64,000 nucleotides of DNA, taken from NCBI GenBank assembly GCA_965218435.1, contig CBDCKW010000009.1, forward strand, positions 1 to 64,000, given 5' to 3'. The stretch is from Truepera sp. GTDB taxonomy: Bacteria; Deinococcota; Deinococci; Deinococcales; Trueperaceae. Each line of letters begins with the position of its first letter. Position 1 is the first letter of the stretch. The position numbers and the translations under genes were made by a program. Positions 1 through 11,705 of this stretch are shown one piece after another. The notes under the pieces are model-generated. The model was not told where the DNA came from. It saw nothing but the letters and a program-made list of their open reading frames with translations, and did not search any database.

Positions 1-1360
1 CTACTTCTTGGCCCTCTTGTCCCCACCGGGCCACCACCTCGAGCACATTGCGTGATTCACTGACCCGGTAGAGCGCCCCGGCAAAGGGTTCAAATAAAGT
101 TGGGGCGAAGCGTTCAGTGACCCCGTACGCCTCGTCTGCGGTTTTACACGTCTGCAAGGTGCTGCTAAACTCGCCGAGCTTTGCGTTTTGCCCCTCCCTT
201 TCGCTGAGTCTATCGGCCATGCGGTTAAAGTCTTCAGCGAGCGGGCACAGTTCGTCGTGCGGCGGCAGCGCGAGGCGGCGTTCGAGCTGCCCCACCGAAA
301 CCGCCTTGACGACCGTTCCGAGTTGCCTGAGTGAGTGCTCGAGCTGCCGCTGCCGCTGCAAGGTAAGCAGTAAGCTCATCAGCGCCGCAAATAAAGGCCC
401 GATAAACGCGACCCACTGCGTTCTCCGCGTGTCGGCCCCGTTAGCCGCGAGTGTCCGGGCGAGCGTTTCATCCACCCGACCCGACAAGTCGGCGACCCGC
501 GCCCGAATCTGGTCAACGAGCTCTTTGCCTGCGCCCGCCCGAATCAGCGCAGTGACCCCCGCTTCGGCGGTTTCAGCAGTTGTCGCCAGCTCCGCCAACG
601 TGTCGTCAAGGCTTTGGGCACGCCCTAGATTTAGTCCCGTTAACGGCGCACCCTGCCGTGATTGCAGCTGAGACTGCTCCCTTCTAAACGCTCCAACTTG
701 CGCCGCAACTTGACCGGCAGCGGCGCGTACAGCGGTTAGTTGTGGCCCCCGAACGCCTGAAGCCAGCGCCCGCTGCAGTTGCCGCTCCGTTTCGGCCAAC
801 TGCAGCTCGACTAGGTTACCCAAAACAGGATTACCTAAAACAGGGTTACCTAAAGTGGAGCGACCCAGCGCAGGGTTCGCGGGCGCTGTTCCCGTCAAAC
901 CGTAACGCAGCGCATTTATCCGGGCGCGGGTAAACGCACTGCTGGCCGCCCGTAACTCGCTGCTGAGGTCTACCGGGGTTCGCCTGCGTGCGGCGACGAC
1001 GACCCCCGCAATCTCCCGCTGCCAGCGTTCAAACAGCGCGTCAATCTTGTTCAAGGTTTGTTGACTCTGGGTGTCCGTAAGGGCGTCGCGCAAGCTCGAG
1101 AGCGCCACGCCGAAATTAACGGTGCTCGAGCTGTACGGTTCTAAAAATACCTCGTTACCGGTAATGGCGAAGCCGCGCTGCCCCGTTTCGGCGTCGATCA
1201 CAGTTTTAATCAGCGCGTTGAGGTCACCCGAGGCCCGACTTGCCTCCGTAACGTCGGCGACGCTCCGGTTGTACGTCCTGACAATTTGAAACACGACGAT
1301 TGAGGTAAACAGGGCCAGCGCCAGCGGCACCATAAACCCGACGATGATGCGCCGCTTCAC
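1..1360 (-). CDS. Membrane sensor with CHASE3, HAMP and GAF domains (probable diguanylate cyclase or kinase); 3' end lies outside the window
   Basis: Not in the ORF track because there is no stop in the window. Manual translation from GTG 1360: MKRRIIVGFMVPLALALF (TM), IDAETGQRGFAITGNEVFLEPY (CHASE3), second TM, LERRLALPPHDELCPLAEDFNRMADRL (HAMP), then GAF-like FAGALYRVSESRNVLEVVARWG. Confidence 0.8.
   Translation of the reverse strand, partial: MKRRIIVGFMVPLALALFTSIVVFQIVRTYNRSVADVTEASRASGDLNALIKTVIDAETGQRGFAITGNEVFLEPYSSSTVNFGVALSSLRDALTDTQSQQTLNKIDALFERWQREIAGVVVAARRRTPVDLSSELRAASSAFTRARINALRYGLTGTAPANPALGRSTLGNPVLGNPVLGNLVELQLAETERQLQRALASGVRGPQLTAVRAAAGQVAAQVGAFRREQSQLQSRQGAPLTGLNLGRAQSLDDTLAELATTAETAEAGVTALIRAGAGKELVDQIRARVADLSGRVDETLARTLAANGADTRRTQWVAFIGPLFAALMSLLLTLQRQRQLEHSLRQLGTVVKAVSVGQLERRLALPPHDELCPLAEDFNRMADRLSEREGQNAKLGEFSSTLQTCKTADEAYGVTERFAPTLFEPFAGALYRVSESRNVLEVVARWGQEGQEV
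813..855. repeat. About 15-bp tandem triplication in the sensor gene, encoding LGNPV-LGNPV-LGNL
   Basis: aggttacccaaaac / aggattacctaaaac / agggttacctaaag. Confidence 0.8.
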
Positions 1361-1457
1361 CTCTGCCCCGCCAGCTGAATTCGGTAGGCGCTGCTCACGT
1401 TGCGAGTGTAGCAACGCCCGAATGGAGCCGTCGCACCAATATTTCACAGCATAGAAG

Positions 1458-1491
1458 AGCCTGAGATGAGGTGACGAATCTCTCTCAGGCT
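1458..1491 (-). terminator. Putative intrinsic terminator of the lipoprotein gene
   Basis: Inverted repeat agcctgaga...tctcaggct just after the stop at 1507. Confidence 0.55.
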
Positions 1492-1506
1492 TGGGATTAA
1501 GCGGTT

Positions 1507-2196
1507 TTAGCGCAGGGTTTTAAGGGCTTGCTCGAGCTGTAGCTCTGAGGATGAGCCTTGCGAACTTGGTGTTACTGGTGGAAAAGTCGTGGGCAAATCT
1601 GTAAGAATTATTTTGAAAGTACCGTTTAGCGGGCCGTTTGTAACGTTATCAAGTGACTGTCCTGGTCCCTCGAAAACTGGACGACCTTGCTCATCAGCCG
1701 TAAGTGTGCCGTCATCATCAATTGCCTGGTAGGTGGGAACAGCATCGTTGGCGCTATCAAGACGATACATAAGAACCGTTAATTGGTTCTTGCCATTGGT
1801 GCCAAGCAATACACCACCGTCTATCTGGTCGTAGCACACACCTTGGTTGCACTCTTGGTAGAATCCAAACCCAGCATTAGGTATGCTCGGTATCACCTGG
1901 ACAATGCTAAAGCGCCCTTCGTCAAAAAATTCGTTGCCCCCACTTTGCTGCCAGCTCCAAGCCCACTCGCCATAGTAAGGAATATTGTCAGTAGGTGGTG
2001 TTGGGGGAGGATTAGTAGGCACACCTCCACCTGGTAAGCCCGGTATACCACCAGGTAGACCGCCCGGCGGGTTCGTAGGCGTACCTGGATTCGTCGGCGG
2101 GTTTGGGTTGGTCGGTGGTTTGACAGGGCTATTATTTCCGCACGCTGCCAAGACGAGTAAAAAACTTCCGGTTAGTGCCAGCCGCATCAGCTTCAT
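1507..2196 (-). CDS. Hypothetical lipoprotein with Pro/Gly-rich N-terminal linker
   Basis: Lipobox LAA-C after a hydrophobic stretch; PTNP/GGLP repeats; SD aaggag; lower GC than its flanks. Confidence 0.75.
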   Translation of the reverse strand: MKLMRLALTGSFLLVLAACGNNSPVKPPTNPNPPTNPGTPTNPPGGLPGGIPGLPGGGVPTNPPPTPPTDNIPYYGEWAWSWQQSGGNEFFDEGRFSIVQVIPSIPNAGFGFYQECNQGVCYDQIDGGVLLGTNGKNQLTVLMYRLDSANDAVPTYQAIDDDGTLTADEQGRPVFEGPGQSLDNVTNGPLNGTFKIILTDLPTTFPPVTPSSQGSSSELQLEQALKTLR

Positions 2197-2285
2197 GTCA
2201 CGCTCCTTAACCTTAGATGTTTTATCTACGTGAGTCTAGCAGATTCGTCTATGTTGCTGTTTGCTCGCCGGTCTAGTATAAGCGT

Positions 2286-2648
2286 ATGAATGTTCAGATT
2301 TTTGGGACGCAGAAGTCCAAAGACACGAAAAAAGCTCTCCGATTTTTTAAGGAACGCGGTATCAAACCGCAATTTGTTGACCTGAGTACAGGTAAGACTG
2401 CGCCGGGTGAGCTAAAGCGGTTTGTGCAGAAGGTCGGTATAGACGGGCTGGTTGAAAAGGACTCGAGGGCGTATGGGGATTCGGGACTCGAGTCCTTGCG
2501 TCTCTCAGACGACGCGCTGTTAGAACGTCTGTTAGAAACCCCGGCGCTGCTTAAACAACCTCTGTTACGAAGTGGCACTACGGTTGAAATCGGCTGGAAC
2601 GAAACCCTGTGGCGTGAGCTGTACGCGGCGGCCAAGGCGAACGCTTAA
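2286..2648 (+). CDS. ArsC/Spx/MgsR family protein
   Basis: QIFGTQKSKDTKKALRFFKERGI...LLKQPLL pattern; leaderless TAGTAT-N6-ATG. Confidence 0.8.
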   Translation: MNVQIFGTQKSKDTKKALRFFKERGIKPQFVDLSTGKTAPGELKRFVQKVGIDGLVEKDSRAYGDSGLESLRLSDDALLERLLETPALLKQPLLRSGTTVEIGWNETLWRELYAAAKANA

Positions 2649-2671
2649 GGTGCGCGTGGTAGCTTAAGTTC

Positions 2672-3445
2672 GTGCGTGTTCTTTTTATCGGCGACGTTTT
2701 TAGCACTCCCGGTTACACCGCTGCGCTCGGCTACCTTGCGGAAGTTCGGGATGACTTTGACTTTATTATCGTCAACGGGGAGAACGTCGCGGGCGGGTTC
2801 GGCATTACGCGAAAGCACTTTAACGGCTTTTTAGATGCCGGGGCGGATGTAGTGACGCTCGGTAACCATACCTGGGACGCGCGTGACGTGTTTGAGGTGC
2901 TCGAGGAAACCCCGCGCCTCATTCGCCCGCTCAACTACCCGCCGGGTGCGCCGGGTCTAGGTCACACCACGCTGAGCACTCGTACCGGCGAACGCGTGAC
3001 GGTGGTGCAGGCGCTGGGCCGGATTTTTCTACCGGCTTTGGATGACCCGTTTCGGGCACTCGACGAGTTTTTAGAAACTGTGCCGACAGACAGCACCGTC
3101 ATTGTAGATTTTCACGCCGAAGCAACCTCGGAAAAGAAGGCAATGGGTGAATTTTTAGCGGGCCGCGTGGCGGCAGTTATCGGGACGCACACGCATGTGC
3201 AGACGGCTGACGAAATCATCAAACGCGGCACGGCTTACCTGACCGACGTGGGCATGACCGGGGTGCAAGATTCGGCGATCGGGATGCGGTTTGACGAGGT
3301 ACTCTACAAGTTTACGACCGGTTTGCCCAAACGTTACAAACCTGCCGACGCGCCGGGGACGGTCTGCGCCGTCGGCCTAACGCTTTCTGGGGGCCGCGCC
3401 ACAAGTATTGACCGGATTCAGTGGCGTGCGCCGGAAGCTGACTAG
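2672..3445 (+). CDS. ymdB: YmdB-like (TIGR00282) metallophosphoesterase
   Basis: Motifs LFIGDV, NGEN, TLGNH, DFHAEATSEK, GTHTHVQTAD, TDVGMTG. Confidence 0.9.
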   Translation: MRVLFIGDVFSTPGYTAALGYLAEVRDDFDFIIVNGENVAGGFGITRKHFNGFLDAGADVVTLGNHTWDARDVFEVLEETPRLIRPLNYPPGAPGLGHTTLSTRTGERVTVVQALGRIFLPALDDPFRALDEFLETVPTDSTVIVDFHAEATSEKKAMGEFLAGRVAAVIGTHTHVQTADEIIKRGTAYLTDVGMTGVQDSAIGMRFDEVLYKFTTGLPKRYKPADAPGTVCAVGLTLSGGRATSIDRIQWRAPEAD

Positions 3446-3596
3446 GTAGCGTCTCGAGCCTCGACGGTTCAGGTCATCGCTTGAGTTGGCTTATGTATAA
3501 CTCCATCAATACCGTGTATATCGCCAGAACCCAGAGCCGTTTGCTTAAACTAGCCTATGACTTTCAAATTTTTACTCCTGAGCATTGTGATTTACG

Positions 3597-6332
<2,736 letters not shown>

Positions 6333-6445
6333 AAGCCAAATCAGGTGCAGTTTAGAGGCGGCGAGTGGGCTAGAAGAGTACACTAAAACGTAGCTTGCTC
6401 GTCCTCTCACGCGCTTAAGGCGAGCGGCTTTTAGGATGGTAAGGT

Positions 6446-7129
6446 ATGGATTTACTTTTAAGTGGTGGCCCGGTGCTGCTGGTTATCGTACTCCTCTCCG
6501 TTTACGCCCTGTACTTGTTTCTGACGCGGCTTTTTAAGCTCTCTAAGGAGCGCCCCGACTCAGACCGACTCATGGCGCGGGTGAACGCGGCGGTGTTGGG
6601 CCGCAACTTAGAGATGGCGATGATCGCCTGTGATCATCACGGCGGGCCGGTCGCGCGGGTGCTCAAAGCGGCGCTCGCCCGGATTCCGTATGGCCGTCCG
6701 GCGGTCGAGGCGGCGTTTCAAGAGGCGTATTTGAGTGAAGAACAGCATCTGACTAGAGGGTTGCGCCCGTTAGCGACCATCGCTCAGGTAGCGACGCTAT
6801 TAGGGCTTTTGGGAACCGTTACGGGGATGATTCGGGCGTTTGCGGTCGTGTCGGCGCAGGGAACCGGCGACCCGGCGGCGCTCGCGGGCGGCATCGGTCA
6901 GGCGCTGATTACGACCGCAGCAGGGCTTTTTGTGGCGATTCCGACGGTTTTAGGACACAGCTATTTAGCGAGCCGCGTTGAAGGGATTTTGGTCGAACTC
7001 GAGCGTCGCCGTGAAGAGTTGATGGGCAACGTCGCGCAAGCCGTATCCCTAAAAGGCCGTGAAGCGGCGCGGAGCGGGGCAACGAAAACCGAAGCTACCC
7101 AAGCCAACACCTTCGAGCCGACGGTATGA
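6446..7129 (+). CDS. MotA/TolQ/ExbB proton channel protein
   Basis: LATIAQVATLLGLLGTVTGMIRAF and GIGQALITTAAGLFVAIP. Confidence 0.93.
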   Translation: MDLLLSGGPVLLVIVLLSVYALYLFLTRLFKLSKERPDSDRLMARVNAAVLGRNLEMAMIACDHHGGPVARVLKAALARIPYGRPAVEAAFQEAYLSEEQHLTRGLRPLATIAQVATLLGLLGTVTGMIRAFAVVSAQGTGDPAALAGGIGQALITTAAGLFVAIPTVLGHSYLASRVEGILVELERRREELMGNVAQAVSLKGREAARSGATKTEATQANTFEPTV

Positions 7130-7145
7130 ATAATCTGGAACCGGC

Positions 7146-7556
7146 GTGAGCCGCGCCCGCCGCACCCGCGCCCTCGCTCAGACAGGGCCGCTCTTAGACC
7201 TCACGCCGATGGTAGACGTGGTGTTTACCCTGGTGATCTTTTTTATGGTCTCGACGACCTTTATCTCGCTCGAGTCGGGTCTGCCGGTTGATTTGCCGCA
7301 AGCCCAAACTGCTGCCCAGAACTCCGACCTGCCGACCGTGACGATTACCGGCGACGGCCGCATCTACCTCGCGGGGGCCGAGGTCACCGAGGCGTCTTTG
7401 GTCGCGTCGCTCCGGCCCATCTTGCAGTCGAGCGGCGCGACGACGGTCGTGATGCGCGCTGACCAAACGATTGAATACGGCCTGCCTGTGCGGGTCATGG
7501 ACCTGATCAAACAAGCCGGGGCGCAGCGCGTCGCCATCGCTACCGGGGGCAACTAG
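7146..7556 (+). CDS. ExbD/TolR family protein
   Basis: DLTPMVDVVFTLVIFFMV with the conserved Asp; VDLPQA; RAD...YG..VRVMD.IK.AG. Confidence 0.93.
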   Translation: MSRARRTRALAQTGPLLDLTPMVDVVFTLVIFFMVSTTFISLESGLPVDLPQAQTAAQNSDLPTVTITGDGRIYLAGAEVTEASLVASLRPILQSSGATTVVMRADQTIEYGLPVRVMDLIKQAGAQRVAIATGGN

Positions 7557-9767
7557 TTGGCTACGAACCGACCTTCGGCGGGCCGTCGCCCACGTAAAGA
7601 CCGGCGGCGCGGCGCGTTCGCCGATCTTTGGGGAGACCGAGAGCGGCGGCGGGCGCTGCTGCTTTCGGCGCTCGTTCACGCAGCCGTGCTGCTCGGCGCG
7701 GTGTGGGTATATGTCTCACCGCCCGAACCCGAGCCACAACTGTTGGTACTCGAGCTCACCCCACCCGAAAGCGGCACACCCGAGACCGCCGCTGCCGCAA
7801 CCGGTGACCCGGCACCACAGGCCGCAGCGCCCCAAGTCGCTGGGAACGCCTCCCAGGACGCTGCAACTCGGGAAGCTGTCCCCTCCGCTGCCGCACCGAC
7901 GCCGCCTGAACCTGTACCGCCAGCCGACCTAGCCCCAACTGAGCTGGCCGAGGTGCTCCCGCCCGCCGAGCAAGCGCCGCCCGCGCGTGCGCCGAGTCAG
8001 CCCGCCCCGAGTGCGCCGCTGCCGGTTCAGCCCCCGGCGACCACCCTGCCGGAGATCGAACCGCCCCAGGTCGCGCCTCAACCGCCACAAAGGGCGCTCG
8101 AGCTACCCAAGCCAAATCCCCAAGCTGACGTCGTACCTGCACGCCGCGTCGCGGTGACGCCGCAGGTTCAGGTGCCGCCCAGCGAACCCCTGCCGACGCC
8201 CGACGTAACCGCTGAACTGGCTCAGCAAGACATCACACTGCCCCAAGCGGAGGCCGAAGTTGCCTCGGCGAGCGCCATTCCGCAACCCGACGTCACCACC
8301 GAATTTGCTCAGCGGGACGTCACCTTGCCCCAAGCCAAAGCCACGGTCACCGCAGAGAGTCCTATCCCTCAACCCGACGTAACGACTGAATACGCGCAGC
8401 GAGACGTCACCCTGCCTCAAGCCCAAGCTGACGTCACCCCGGCGGGTGAGGTGCCGCAACCCGAGATTGAGGTCGAGTACGCTGCTAGAGATGTGCCGCA
8501 GCCTCAGGTGAGCGCCGCCGTCAGCGCGACAGAGGCCCTGCCGCAACCCGACGCGACGGTCCAAATCGTCTCGAGACCCGTCCCGCAGCCTCAGGCGGGT
8601 GCGGTTGTCGCACAGGCGCAGGCTGTTCCCCAACCTTCGGTCAGCGGTATTGTGACCCCGAGCGAACCGGTTCCCGAGCCGCGAGCGCAGGCTTCAGTCG
8701 CCCAAGCTCAGCCGCTCACTGTGACACCCGGTGTCGCCCTCAGTGACGCGGTGCCGGTGATAATGCCGAACGCCACTGCGACGGTGACGGCCACCGCTTC
8801 ACCGCAAACTGCCCAGGCAGGAGCCGCCGACGCAGGTAACGGTGCGCGAAACGCGCAAGCAGCGGCGGCACCGGCCCCCACCGGTCAGGGTGCAGCGTCG
8901 GACGGCAGCGGCGCAGCTCCCTCGGGCGTCGCCAACGTGCAGAGTTTCGAGGTCACGGTAGAGCAACCCCTAGCCGTCTTGATTGACAACGCCGACGCCG
9001 CGTATCCGCAGCAAGGCTTGGTCGAAGCCTCGAGCGTTTTTGAGATGCCCGTCGAGGGTGGTCTGACCCGTCTGATGAGCATCTATACCCGAAATGACCC
9101 CGCACAGGTCGGACCGATTCGGAGCGCGAGAGATTATTTTCTCGAGGCCGCCCTAGCGATGAACGGCACGCTCGTTCACGTCGGCGGCGCACCGAGCGCC
9201 ATGAACCGCATCGCCTCACAAAATCTAGCCACCGTAGACGCCCTACAAGACGGGGCGCTCTTCGCTCAAGCACCCGACCGCACCGCGCCGCACAGCACTT
9301 TTTCAACCGGTACGACACTGAGGGACGCTGTGGGACGCCTTCAAAGTAACGTGAGCGGGACGCTCTATACGCCGCCTGGAGACGCCCCGAACGTCTCCTC
9401 GGTAACCGTCAACTATTCGGCAGACTATACCAGCGGCTTTCGCTATTTGCCTGACCTCGACCAATACCGCTGGCTGAGGAGCGGCGCGGACGCGACCGAC
9501 GCCGCCCAAAAAGCTGTCACCGCCGACGCGGTCGTTGTTGCCAAAGTCGTGGCGTTTCCCTACCCAGACGACCCGGAAGGGCGTCTTTATCTGCCCTACA
9601 GTGGCGGTGAGGCGACGCTCTACCTGCGCGGTAAGGCGGTTCCCGGCAGCTGGACACCCAAAGATGGGTTTACCTTTGTCGGGACGACGGGTGTCAAGGT
9701 TGACCTGACGCCGTTTAAGAGCTGGATTTTATTCGCGCCGGAGGAGGCGCAGGTCGCGGTGCAGTAG
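7557..9767 (+). CDS. TonB/TolA-like membrane-anchored Pro-rich protein with C-terminal DUF3048 (YerB-like) domain
   Basis: TM helix LLSALVHAAVLLG (S-x3-H); Pro-rich repeat stalk; C-terminal PLAVLIDN..A.PQ.GL..A..VFE.PVEGGLTRL..VGPIRSARDYF. Confidence 0.75.
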   Translation: MATNRPSAGRRPRKDRRRGAFADLWGDRERRRALLLSALVHAAVLLGAVWVYVSPPEPEPQLLVLELTPPESGTPETAAAATGDPAPQAAAPQVAGNASQDAATREAVPSAAAPTPPEPVPPADLAPTELAEVLPPAEQAPPARAPSQPAPSAPLPVQPPATTLPEIEPPQVAPQPPQRALELPKPNPQADVVPARRVAVTPQVQVPPSEPLPTPDVTAELAQQDITLPQAEAEVASASAIPQPDVTTEFAQRDVTLPQAKATVTAESPIPQPDVTTEYAQRDVTLPQAQADVTPAGEVPQPEIEVEYAARDVPQPQVSAAVSATEALPQPDATVQIVSRPVPQPQAGAVVAQAQAVPQPSVSGIVTPSEPVPEPRAQASVAQAQPLTVTPGVALSDAVPVIMPNATATVTATASPQTAQAGAADAGNGARNAQAAAAPAPTGQGAASDGSGAAPSGVANVQSFEVTVEQPLAVLIDNADAAYPQQGLVEASSVFEMPVEGGLTRLMSIYTRNDPAQVGPIRSARDYFLEAALAMNGTLVHVGGAPSAMNRIASQNLATVDALQDGALFAQAPDRTAPHSTFSTGTTLRDAVGRLQSNVSGTLYTPPGDAPNVSSVTVNYSADYTSGFRYLPDLDQYRWLRSGADATDAAQKAVTADAVVVAKVVAFPYPDDPEGRLYLPYSGGEATLYLRGKAVPGSWTPKDGFTFVGTTGVKVDLTPFKSWILFAPEEAQVAVQ
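8106..8715 (+). repeat. 87-bp (29-aa) periodic degenerate repeat, about 7 units
   Basis: PxP units start at 8106, 8193, 8280, 8367, 8454, 8541 and 8628; example unit PQPDVTTEFAQRDVTLPQAKATVTAESPI. Confidence 0.85.
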
Positions 9768-9782
9768 TTGCGTGACGGGTGC

Positions 9783-10364
9783 TTAAGTGGCGCGTGCCCC
9801 TCGAGCCCACTCGTCTGCCAACAGCCCGTAAACCGCATGGTCTACAAAACGGTCGGTAATCCAGTGGGATTGACGCCGGACGCCCTCGAGAGTAAAACCG
9901 AGGCGTTCAGGTACCGCGCGGCTACGACCGTTCTCAGCGCCGCACTGCATCTCAAGACGGTGCAACTGCTTGGCTTCAAAAAGATGCTCGGTGGCGCTTT
10001 CTACTGCCCTGGTAACGAGTCCTCGACCAACAAACGCTTCACCTAACCAGTAGCCTACTTCGGCATTTTTGTTCTGGCGGTTGATATACCAGCAGACGAC
10101 GCCGCCCGCTAACTGGCCCGCGTTCCAGATGCCACAGTGAAAGCCGTCACCTTGCCCTAATTTGCCCTGAAACTGTTCTATAAAGGTCTTTACATCCGCC
10201 TCGCTCTGGAGTGCCGACGACCAGCGTAACCAGCGGTCTAGGTGCTGGCGGTTTTGAGTGATAAGCGTGTAAACCTCGTGTGTATCACCGAGTTCAAGGG
10301 GGCGAACAACCGTGGTTTCGTCCAGCTGCCACTGCATAATGGGCATAGTACGCCGTCGGTGCAT
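9783..10364 (-). CDS. RimJ/RimL-type GNAT N-acetyltransferase
   Basis: AEVGYWLGEAFVGRGLVT, N.RSRAVPERLGFTLEG; start may be a downstream ATG. Confidence 0.88.
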   Translation of the reverse strand: MHRRRTMPIMQWQLDETTVVRPLELGDTHEVYTLITQNRQHLDRWLRWSSALQSEADVKTFIEQFQGKLGQGDGFHCGIWNAGQLAGGVVCWYINRQNKNAEVGYWLGEAFVGRGLVTRAVESATEHLFEAKQLHRLEMQCGAENGRSRAVPERLGFTLEGVRRQSHWITDRFVDHAVYGLLADEWARGARAT

Positions 10365-10373
10365 TCGTTGTAT

Positions 10374-11201
10374 CTAACGCGCCGCTTTTGCCACCGCTAA
10401 CACCTCATCTGCCAGCGTTTGAAACGCCCTGGCCCGCCCGTACATCCCGTCTTCGTCAAAGGGGCCAACCAAAATATTGTAGAGCCGCCGGTCAAAGTCG
10501 TCAGGTTTGTGTGTAAGGAGCGGTAGCACCGAGCTTTCAAAGCGTTTGCTGGCCGGGTCGTACTGCTCATTGAGGGCCAGCAAAACACCGGTCAGCGCGT
10601 CTACGCCCCAGTTGAGGTGAAATAAAAATGTCCGAGCGCCGAGCCCGCGCATTGCTGTCTCGGTGAGTTCGGCGGCGTGGTCTTGCAGCTGTGGAACGAA
10701 TGTGCTGAGGAGATTTTCTTTAAGGCGTGGTGGATACGTTCGGCTGCGCTCCAACCATCCCGCTACAAGCCCGCGCTTGTCGAGCAGCACCTGACTTTGT
10801 TGCAATAGACCTAAGAACGTATAAGGGCGAAAAGGTACGTTTACGGTGGTGATAGCTCCGGTTAAAACTTCTGAGACAACAGCCTCGAGCCAGTCCGCAC
10901 GCTGATGGTGAAGGGTGAGCTTGAGGCCGTTACGGTGTAATTCATCAACCGTGCCAAAAAGTGCGCCTTCGGGGGCGGTGTGCTCGAGCCGTAAGTCTAA
11001 CGGGCTGACCAAACCTGTGCGTGTCTGAACCGGTGGAACATCGTTGCAGACAACGAATACGTCAATATCTGAAGCTGCGTCAACCTCGCCGAAAGCGACT
11101 GAACCGAAGACGAGAACAGCCAAAATGTCGGGGTTGGGCTCGAGCGCGGTCGCTACTTCGCGGCTCAGCTCTTGCCGCTGAAACAGCTCAGGGCTGTTCA
11201 A
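10374..11201 (-). CDS. Nucleotidyltransferase domain protein (DUF4037-like C-terminus)
   Basis: VFGSVAFGEVDAASDIDVFV (GS...DxD motif). Confidence 0.75.
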   Translation of the reverse strand: MNSPELFQRQELSREVATALEPNPDILAVLVFGSVAFGEVDAASDIDVFVVCNDVPPVQTRTGLVSPLDLRLEHTAPEGALFGTVDELHRNGLKLTLHHQRADWLEAVVSEVLTGAITTVNVPFRPYTFLGLLQQSQVLLDKRGLVAGWLERSRTYPPRLKENLLSTFVPQLQDHAAELTETAMRGLGARTFLFHLNWGVDALTGVLLALNEQYDPASKRFESSVLPLLTHKPDDFDRRLYNILVGPFDEDGMYGRARAFQTLADEVLAVAKAAR

Positions 11202-11694
11202 GGCTGTTTAGGTAACGCAGTAGGTGGAGCTCGTTTAGATAACGGGAGCCGATTTTAAGCGCACGTGGTTCGGTCGCGTAGACGCAAAAACCACAGCTGA
11301 GGTAGAGCGCCTTGGCTGCAGTATTTTGCTCGGTAACGCTGAGGTGGAGTTGCTCGAGCCCCTCTATCTGCTGAGCCCTGGCCAAGATTCCCTCTAAAAG
11401 TGCTCCCCCTATCCCTCGCCCCCTAGCTTCCGGGGCGACGTACATACCGAATACGCCGCCTTTATGCCGCAGCTTGCGCCCGGTTTCACGTGCAAAACGT
11501 GCTGTTCCAACCAAATCAGCCCCTAAAAACGCGCCCAGCACATAATCCTCGTCCGATTGCCAACGGGTTTCAAAAGCTTTTACGATTTCAGTGAGCGGCG
11601 GATGCTCCTCCGGGGAACTGCCGAACGCTTCCGGGTGTTCACTTAGAGCGCGTAAACGCAGCGCCCAGTACACCTCAGCGTCAGTTACGTTCAA
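11188..11694 (-). CDS. GNAT family N-acetyltransferase
   Basis: MYVAPEARGRGIGGALL, N.AAKALY..GF; start codon uncertain. Confidence 0.85.
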   Translation of the reverse strand: MNVTDAEVYWALRLRALSEHPEAFGSSPEEHPPLTEIVKAFETRWQSDEDYVLGAFLGADLVGTARFARETGRKLRHKGGVFGMYVAPEARGRGIGGALLEGILARAQQIEGLEQLHLSVTEQNTAAKALYLSCGFCVYATEPRALKIGSRYLNELHLLRYLNSLEQP

Positions 11695-11705
11695 CCTGCG
11701 GAGCG

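Noticed and set aside
117..1289. Plus-strand ORFs 117-671, 742-933 and 1071-1289
   Set aside because: Antisense shadows of the CHASE3-HAMP-GAF gene on the minus strand.
8106..8715. 87-bp periodic repeats as a possible CRISPR array
   Set aside because: They are in-frame coding repeats with no conserved-repeat/unique-spacer structure and no cas genes.
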